Shown here one piece after another: positions 58,500 to 64,000 of a DNA stretch of 64,000 nt; positions within the stretch are counted from its first letter, which is position 1, and every line of letters begins with the position of its first letter. A model generated the notes under the pieces. The model searched no databases, was not told the origin of the DNA, and saw nothing but the letters and a program-made list of their open reading frames with translations. This DNA comes from an uncultured delta proteobacterium (GTDB lineage: Bacteria; Desulfobacterota; Zymogenia; Zymogenales; Zymogenaceae), in assembly GCA_963735595.1 (NCBI GenBank), contig CAVTLK010000005.1:448001-512000 (forward strand), given 5' to 3'. Made by a program: the position numbers and the translations under genes.

Positions 58500-60119
58500 T
58501 TATACGCTCAGTCGTTTGACTCTGATGCGTGACAAAGCGAAATCAAATATGGCATGCGTGACGAAGATGGCGGTAAAGAGGGTGGCGATAATACCGATGC
58601 ACAACGTCACCGCAAATCCCTTGATCGGCCCCGTCCCGAACTGGAAGAGTACCAGCCCCGCGATCAGGGTGGTGATGTTTGCGTCCATGATGACGGTAAA
58701 TGCCTTATCGTAGCCCCCCTCGAGCGCCGCGCGCGGCGTCTTGCCCAGCCTGAGCTCTTCCCTGATCCGCTCGTTTATCAGGACGTTGGCGTCCACCGCC
58801 ATACCCAGCGTCAGTGCGATGCCGGCGATGCCCGGCAGAGTCAGGGTCGCCTGAAATGCGCTCAGGACGGCCATGATGATGATAAGGTTCAGTATCAGCG
58901 CGGTATCGGCCACGAGCCCCGATACGCCGTAGTAGATGACCATAAACAGGACGATCAGTGCAACCCCGACGGCCGTGGCGAGAAATCCCCGGCGGATCGA
59001 GTCCGACCCGAGAGACGGCCCGACGGTCCGTTCTTCGAGCACCGTAATGGTTGCCGGTAGCGCCCCGGATCTCAGCACGATGGCCAGGTTCTTGGCCTCC
59101 TCTTCGGAAAAGTTGCCGGTGATGATCGCCGAGCCGCCGGTTATCTTGGTCTGGATGACCGGGGCCGAATAAACGCTGTTATCCAGGACAATGGCAAGCC
59201 GCCTTCCCACGTTATCGCCGGAGACCTGCGCGAAGTGGGCCTCACCCGAGGAATTGAACTCGATCTGGACGTAGGGTTTCGCGCCCTTGCTGCTGTCGAA
59301 CCTCACGCCGGCGTCCGAGATCGCCTCGCCGGTCATCAGCGTGCTCTCTTCGATCAGGTAGGGCTTCTCTTCGATGATCCGGCCGCTCTCGAGATCACGC
59401 ACCTTCTCGTAAAGAACCTCGTCGCCCTCGGGAACCTCTCCGGCCAGCGCCGCTTCCAGGTCGTTCGTATCGTCCACGAGCTTGAACTCAAGCAGTGCGA
59501 CCTTCTTGATGAGGGACTTGGCCGACTCGGGATCGGTGAGGCCCGGCAGCTGCACGAGGATGTCGTAATCACCCTGGCGGGTAATTTCGGGCTCGGCCAG
59601 CCCGAGCTCATCCACGCGGTTGCGGATGGTCTCCAGCGTCTGTTCTATGGTCCGCTCCCGAAAGGAGTTCAGCGACTTCTCGTTGTAGGTGAAGGTAATG
59701 TCGGTATTTCCCTCGTTGGTGACCGAATCGGTGACTTCGAGATAGTCGTAGCGCTTCTCGATGTAGTCGCGCACGGCCCCCTCCTTTTCGGGATCGGTGA
59801 TAACCACGGACATCGCCGTTTCGCCCTTGCGGGTTACCGAGGAGTAGGGAATCTTCTCTTCATCGAGGTACCCCTTGATCTCGACGGTCGATCGATCCAT
59901 GGAATTCTCGAGTGCCTCGTCGAGGTTGACCCCCAACAGCAGGTACATGCCGCCCTTGAGGTCAAGGCCGAGGTGGAGGGTCTTGGTGGGGAGCGGCTCT
60001 TTCCAGTAATCTGGCAACCCGAAGCCGAAATAGCCAGATATCGTCGGCATCAGGTAAAAGAGGCCGCCCAACAGCACAACGAGGATAATGGCGAATCTGA
60101 TTCGTAAGTCTTTGATCAT
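58500..60119 (-). CDS. secD: Protein translocase subunit SecD
   Basis: LGLDLKGG, IRNRVDELG..EP, AIVLD, LRSGALP, VGPSLG, GMAVDANVLINERIREE, GPIKGFA. Confidence 0.97.
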   Translation of the reverse strand: MIKDLRIRFAIILVVLLGGLFYLMPTISGYFGFGLPDYWKEPLPTKTLHLGLDLKGGMYLLLGVNLDEALENSMDRSTVEIKGYLDEEKIPYSSVTRKGETAMSVVITDPEKEGAVRDYIEKRYDYLEVTDSVTNEGNTDITFTYNEKSLNSFRERTIEQTLETIRNRVDELGLAEPEITRQGDYDILVQLPGLTDPESAKSLIKKVALLEFKLVDDTNDLEAALAGEVPEGDEVLYEKVRDLESGRIIEEKPYLIEESTLMTGEAISDAGVRFDSSKGAKPYVQIEFNSSGEAHFAQVSGDNVGRRLAIVLDNSVYSAPVIQTKITGGSAIITGNFSEEEAKNLAIVLRSGALPATITVLEERTVGPSLGSDSIRRGFLATAVGVALIVLFMVIYYGVSGLVADTALILNLIIIMAVLSAFQATLTLPGIAGIALTLGMAVDANVLINERIREELRLGKTPRAALEGGYDKAFTVIMDANITTLIAGLVLFQFGTGPIKGFAVTLCIGIIATLFTAIFVTHAIFDFALSRIRVKRLSV

Positions 60120-60312
60120 TGCAATTCTCCCCAGTAGCTGACAGGGTTTACGGGCGAGCCGGCACGACCGGGACGTTTTCGCGGCTATTTGCCGTCTTGC
60201 CGTCGCGGTCAGCGGCCCTCCCCCCGCCAGAGACCGGCAGGGGGCCGCAGTTCGTATTACAGGACGGCGTCCCCGCGTTAAACACGCGGGACGCCGTTAT
60301 CCTGGTCTGTTG

Positions 60313-60648
60313 TTACTTTCCGGTGTCGCCCATATTATTGACCGCGGCAATCGAGGACCTGGTGACCTTTATCCTGACGTTAGGCGCGATCTCGACGGTA
60401 GCGACGTTCTCGGCGACTCCAACGACCGACCCGTGGATGCCGCCGGCGGTAATGACGTTGTCGCCCTTTTTCAGCTCGGTGATCATCCGCTGATGCTCTT
60501 TCTGCCGCTTCTGCTGCGGCCGGATCAACAGGAAATAGAAGATCACGAAGATCAGGATGATCGGCAGAAACGCGGTAACGCTGCCCAGGAGGCCGCCCTC
60601 TTCGCCGGAGGGCTGGGCCATGGCGAAAAATATCTCAATCGGTATCAT
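60313..60648 (-). CDS. yajC: Preprotein translocase subunit YajC
   Basis: IFYFLLIRPQQKRQKEH, LKKGDNVITAGGIHG. Confidence 0.96.
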   Translation of the reverse strand: MIPIEIFFAMAQPSGEEGGLLGSVTAFLPIILIFVIFYFLLIRPQQKRQKEHQRMITELKKGDNVITAGGIHGSVVGVAENVATVEIAPNVRIKVTRSSIAAVNNMGDTGK

Positions 60649-61762
60649 CTTTGTTTTCTCCCTCTGTACGTGACAAAAAATCTTTTTGAAACGCCGCGTA
60701 TCGATCCGCGGCAATCGCCTCTCTAATTGTGCCCATCAGGCACAGGTAATAGGAGAGGTTGTGTATCGTATTGAGCGTCGAAGAGAGGATCTCGTGCGCC
60801 ATGAACAGGTGGCGCAGGTATCCCCGGGAAAAATTGGCGCACGTATAACAGCCGCACGCCTCGTCTATCGGGCTCTCGTCTCTCAGGTAGCGCTCGTTCT
60901 TGATGACGAGCCTGCCCGTGGAGGTAAAGAGCGTCCCGTTTCTCGCGTTCCGGGTCGGCATGACGCAGTCGAACATGTCGGCCCCGAACCCCGAGAGAGT
61001 GACGAGGTCCTCCGGCGTGCCGACCCCCATGATGTACCGGGGTTTGCCGGGGGGGAGCTGTTCGAGCGCGATTTGGGCCATCTCGTACATGAGCCCCTTG
61101 GCCTCCCCCACCGAGAGCCCGCCGACGGCGTACCCGGGGAAATCCATCTCGACCGTCCGCCCGGCGGACGCCCGCCGGAGGTCGGGATACATGCCCCCCT
61201 GCACGATCCCGAAAAGGGCCTGGTCCGTGCGGGTGCGGGCGTCGCGGCAGCGCCGCGCCCACGAAAGCGTCAGCTCCATGGAGGCCCGCGTTTCGTCCCA
61301 TGACGACGGGTAGGAGGTGCATTCGTCCAGACACATGATGATGTCGGCCCCCAGCGCCTCCTGGATCGACACGGCGCCCTCCGGCCTGAGGAAATGGGAA
61401 GAGCCGTCCAGATGCGAGACGAACTTCACGCCATCTTCGGTGAGCTTCCTCAGCGCCCCAAGGCTGTAGATCTGAAACCCGCCGCTGTCGGTCAGGATCG
61501 GCCGGTCCCACCCCATGAAGGAGTGGAGCCCGCCGAGATCCGCCACGACGCGGTACCCCGGCCTCAGATACAGGTGATACGTATTTGAAAGAACAATCTC
61601 GGCGCCGATCTCGGAGAGGTCCCGTGGGCTCATCGCCTTGACCGTCCCCTGGGTGCCGACCGGCATAAACGCCGGTGTATGAAACGTCCCGTGGGGGGTG
61701 AGATACTGCCCCGCCCGGGCCGCGGTGTCGCTGCTGGTGTGCGTTATCGTATACGAGAACAT
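60635..61762 (-). CDS. tgt: tRNA-guanine transglycosylase
   Basis: TPAFMPVGT, NTYHL, LTDSGGFQ, GIVQGG, GGLSVGE, DMFDCVMPTRNARNG, CGCYTC, HNL. Confidence 0.97.
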   Translation of the reverse strand: MFSYTITHTSSDTAARAGQYLTPHGTFHTPAFMPVGTQGTVKAMSPRDLSEIGAEIVLSNTYHLYLRPGYRVVADLGGLHSFMGWDRPILTDSGGFQIYSLGALRKLTEDGVKFVSHLDGSSHFLRPEGAVSIQEALGADIIMCLDECTSYPSSWDETRASMELTLSWARRCRDARTRTDQALFGIVQGGMYPDLRRASAGRTVEMDFPGYAVGGLSVGEAKGLMYEMAQIALEQLPPGKPRYIMGVGTPEDLVTLSGFGADMFDCVMPTRNARNGTLFTSTGRLVIKNERYLRDESPIDEACGCYTCANFSRGYLRHLFMAHEILSSTLNTIHNLSYYLCLMGTIREAIAADRYAAFQKDFLSRTEGENKDDTD

Positions 61763-61856
61763 CGGCCCCTTTCGTCACAGGTTCGACCGCCGGCCTCGCT
61801 TTCGGGCCGGGCAGCTGTCTGAATGAGAACAGGGGCCTACCCTCCTCATCCCCCGC

Positions 61857-62897
61857 TCACGTGATCAACATCGCGTCGCCGTAGCTGAAGAACCGGTAGC
61901 GTTCCCCCACGGCCTGCCGGTACGCCTCGCGGATGAGCTCGCGTCCCGAAAACGCCGAGACCAGCACCAACAGCGTCGATCTCGGCAGATGGAAGTTGGT
62001 CACGAGCGCGTCCACTGCCCGGAAACGAAATCCGGGCGTGATAAAGAGAGACGTCTCGCCGGGCCCCGGCAAAAGCCGATCCTGTTGCCCCTGCGCCGCC
62101 GCGCCCTCCAGCGCCCGGGTCGTCGTGGTGCCCACGGCGATCACGCGGCCGCCGCGGCCCCTCGTATCGTTGACGGCCTCGGCCGTCCGGGGCGAAATAT
62201 CGTAGCGCTCGGCGTGCATACGGTGGCCCTCGATCTCTTCGGTCCGGATCGGCAGAAACGTGCCGATACCCACGGAGAGCGTCACCGCCGAAAACCTCGC
62301 GCCGGCATCCTCGATCCGCCGCATCATCGCGTCGGTAAAGTGCAGGCCCGCCGTCGGGGCGGCCACCGACCCGGGGTCCCGCGCGTACACGGTCTGGTAG
62401 CGGTCCCGGTCGGACGCGGGGTCGTCTCCCGCGCTGCGCTTGATATAGGGCGGCAGCGGGGGTCTGCCCCACGTGTCCAGATAATCAAAGAGCCCATCGG
62501 GAAAGCGGGCGGCGATGCGCCACGGCCCGCCATCACCCTTTTCCCGGCCCATGATCCGGGCCTCTATCTCCCCCGGCAGCACGATCGTCGTTTCCGGCTT
62601 TATGCCCCTGCCGGAGATCAGGCAGGTGGCGCCGGCCTGGTCCTCGTCCAGAAACAGGATCGAGAGCCTGCCACCGGTCGTCTTTTTCGCCTCTACCCGC
62701 GCGGGTATCACCTTCGTGTCGTTGACGACCAGGAGATCGCCGGGACGGATATAGGAGACAAGATCCCTAAACGCGCGGTGCTCAATCGTCCGGCGGCCCC
62801 GGTTCAATACCATGAGCCGGGAGTCTCCCCTCGTTTCCGGGGGGCGCTGGGCGATCAGATCCTCCGGCAGGTCGTAGTCGAAATCGGAGAGATTCAC
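61857..62897 (-). CDS. queA: S-adenosylmethionine:tRNA ribosyltransferase-isomerase
   Basis: FDYDLPEDLIAQ, NDTKVIPAR, PLPPYIKR, RYQTVYA, AAPTAGLHF, TNFHLP, YRFFSYGDAM. Confidence 0.97.
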   Translation of the reverse strand: MNLSDFDYDLPEDLIAQRPPETRGDSRLMVLNRGRRTIEHRAFRDLVSYIRPGDLLVVNDTKVIPARVEAKKTTGGRLSILFLDEDQAGATCLISGRGIKPETTIVLPGEIEARIMGREKGDGGPWRIAARFPDGLFDYLDTWGRPPLPPYIKRSAGDDPASDRDRYQTVYARDPGSVAAPTAGLHFTDAMMRRIEDAGARFSAVTLSVGIGTFLPIRTEEIEGHRMHAERYDISPRTAEAVNDTRGRGGRVIAVGTTTTRALEGAAAQGQQDRLLPGPGETSLFITPGFRFRAVDALVTNFHLPRSTLLVLVSAFSGRELIREAYRQAVGERYRFFSYGDAMLIT

Positions 62898-63039
62898 GGC
62901 TCCGCCGGGCCGTTGCCCGCCCCTGAAGGGATCAAAGGGAATTTCACTCCTCTCCCGCTCTTCTGCATCCCCGCGCCGGAAAAAAAGGGAATTGCCAAAT
63001 TCTGTATTTTAAACAGTTTTATGAACTATTGTCAAGAAA

Positions 63040-63252
63040 TTAGTGGAGAAGGCCCGTGAGGACGCGGGCGCCGACGTAGACGAGGATAAGCCCGGCCAGG
63101 AGCGCCGTAAACCCCACGGCCCGCAGCACGCGGTCGGGGATGGTGGCGATCAGGGCCGTGAAGCGCTTGACGGCCTGGGGCGAGGCGGCGTAGGGAATCC
63201 CCTCGATGATGAAGACGAACCCGAGGGCGACGACGAGGACGGTAAGGTCCAT
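63040..63252 (-). CDS. DUF2065 family small membrane protein
   Basis: ALGFVFIIEGIPY..P..LRAVG..GL pattern. Confidence 0.8.
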   Translation of the reverse strand: MDLTVLVVALGFVFIIEGIPYAASPQAVKRFTALIATIPDRVLRAVGFTALLAGLILVYVGARVLTGLLH

Positions 63253-63542
63253 GGGCGTTTTGGTTCCTGTATGGATTACTGTTTGTATCTGCTCTATCGT
63301 AGGCGTCGGGGGGGACGGTTGTCAAGGGAAAAAGGTGGAGAGGACTAAGGGGCGCTGTAATTGATTACAGGGAATTTCGATAAACCGCAAGAATAGTAAT
63401 TAAGTATAGAACCCTCCAGATTAGGCCGTTAAGCCGCCGCATACCCCCCCTAATTAACCCCCCTTTACATATGTTCATACAAGATGTACTAAAATAGAAT
63501 AGTAATAAATTATTAACACCTTTTTTATTAAAGGAGACGGAT

Positions 63543-64000
63543 ATGACCCTGACCGCCGTTTCTGCCCCTCCGCAATTTGTTGATGCCTTTGCCGCCATGG
63601 AATTGAGAATCAAGGCCTTCTTCTCAGAAGTCACTATGATGCCCGAAATGGGAAAGATGGAGATCGGCGGGATGAGGTTCCGCTATTCCCAGAGCGAGGG
63701 ACTGGCGACCGCCTTCAGGGAGACGCTCACCGGCGTATACGGCGAAAAGGGGGCGGAGCAGATCCTCTATAAGCTGGGTAAATCCCTCGGCGCCGTCGAG
63801 GGCACGACGTTCCACAAACGGTTCGGGCTTACCGAGCCCCTCGAGAAGCTTGCGGCCGGCCCCGTCTATTTCGCCTATTCGGGATGGGCTTTCGTGGAGA
63901 TACTGCCGTCCAGCGCGCCAAGACCGGACGAAGACTACATCCTGACCTATAACCACCCGAATTCCTTCGAGGCCGATGCGTATATAAATAACGGGATGAA
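63543..64000 (+). CDS. XylR_N/V4R sensor-domain protein, 5' part only (missing from the ORF track)
   Basis: RBS AAGGAGA, then an open frame to the window end: MTLTAVSAPPQF..MGKMEIGGMRF..ILYKLGKSLG..KLAAGPVYFAYSGWAFVEIL..HPNSFEADAY. Confidence 0.8.
   Translation, partial: MTLTAVSAPPQFVDAFAAMELRIKAFFSEVTMMPEMGKMEIGGMRFRYSQSEGLATAFRETLTGVYGEKGAEQILYKLGKSLGAVEGTTFHKRFGLTEPLEKLAAGPVYFAYSGWAFVEILPSSAPRPDEDYILTYNHPNSFEADAYINNGM

Noticed and set aside
14750..63059. Long antisense/shadow ORFs (e.g. 14750..15670, 17984..19174, 21201..22619, 26483..27652, 41452..42558, 48475..49866, 61989..63059)
   Set aside because: They overlap well-supported genes on the opposite strand, have no recognisable motifs, and are expected in high-GC coding DNA.
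63360..63540. AT-rich stretch as a foreign island or replication origin
   Set aside because: It is short, lies between divergent genes, and has no DnaA-box cluster or mobility gene; consistent with an ordinary promoter region.

Overview
GC-rich (about 60%) bacterial chromosomal segment. The gene content (queA-tgt-yajC-secD-secF, dapB/dapL, sigma-54 regulators, V4R and SCP2 proteins, an MttB/corrinoid pair, DUF362) suggests an anaerobic Deltaproteobacterium (Desulfobacterota-like); this is inference. About 55 genes, and no rRNA, tRNA, CRISPR array, transposase or prophage that I could recognise. Several genes are split by 1-nt indels that look like long-read assembly errors; I reassembled them by eye. 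Main blocks: redox/amino-acid enzymes (1-6 kb); zur-znuACB with a Zur-type box; a soluble hybrid kinase and a sigma-54 activator upstream of a -24/-12 promoter driving four type IV minor-pilin genes, the last of which rebuilds as a ~1,680-aa PilW-like pilin carrying Ig-like and two tandem lectin-like (DUF1080/LamG-type) domains; a lipid-oriented cluster with an apparent SCP2-E1alpha-E1beta triple fusion and no E2/E3; glk-fba; dapB-FAH-dapL-cyclase with REP-like palindromes; DUF5058 permease pair plus M20 deacylase; B12 radical SAM, non-pyrrolysine MttB and corrinoid protein; an envelope cluster (GT2, radical SAM/SPASM, LolA-like proteins, deacetylase, Zn-phospholipase C); the queA-secF operon; and a truncated XylR_N/V4R gene at the right edge. 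The best candidates for undescribed systems are the giant adhesin-pilin fusion and the SCP2-E1 fusion. All domain calls come from motif recognition, not database searches.
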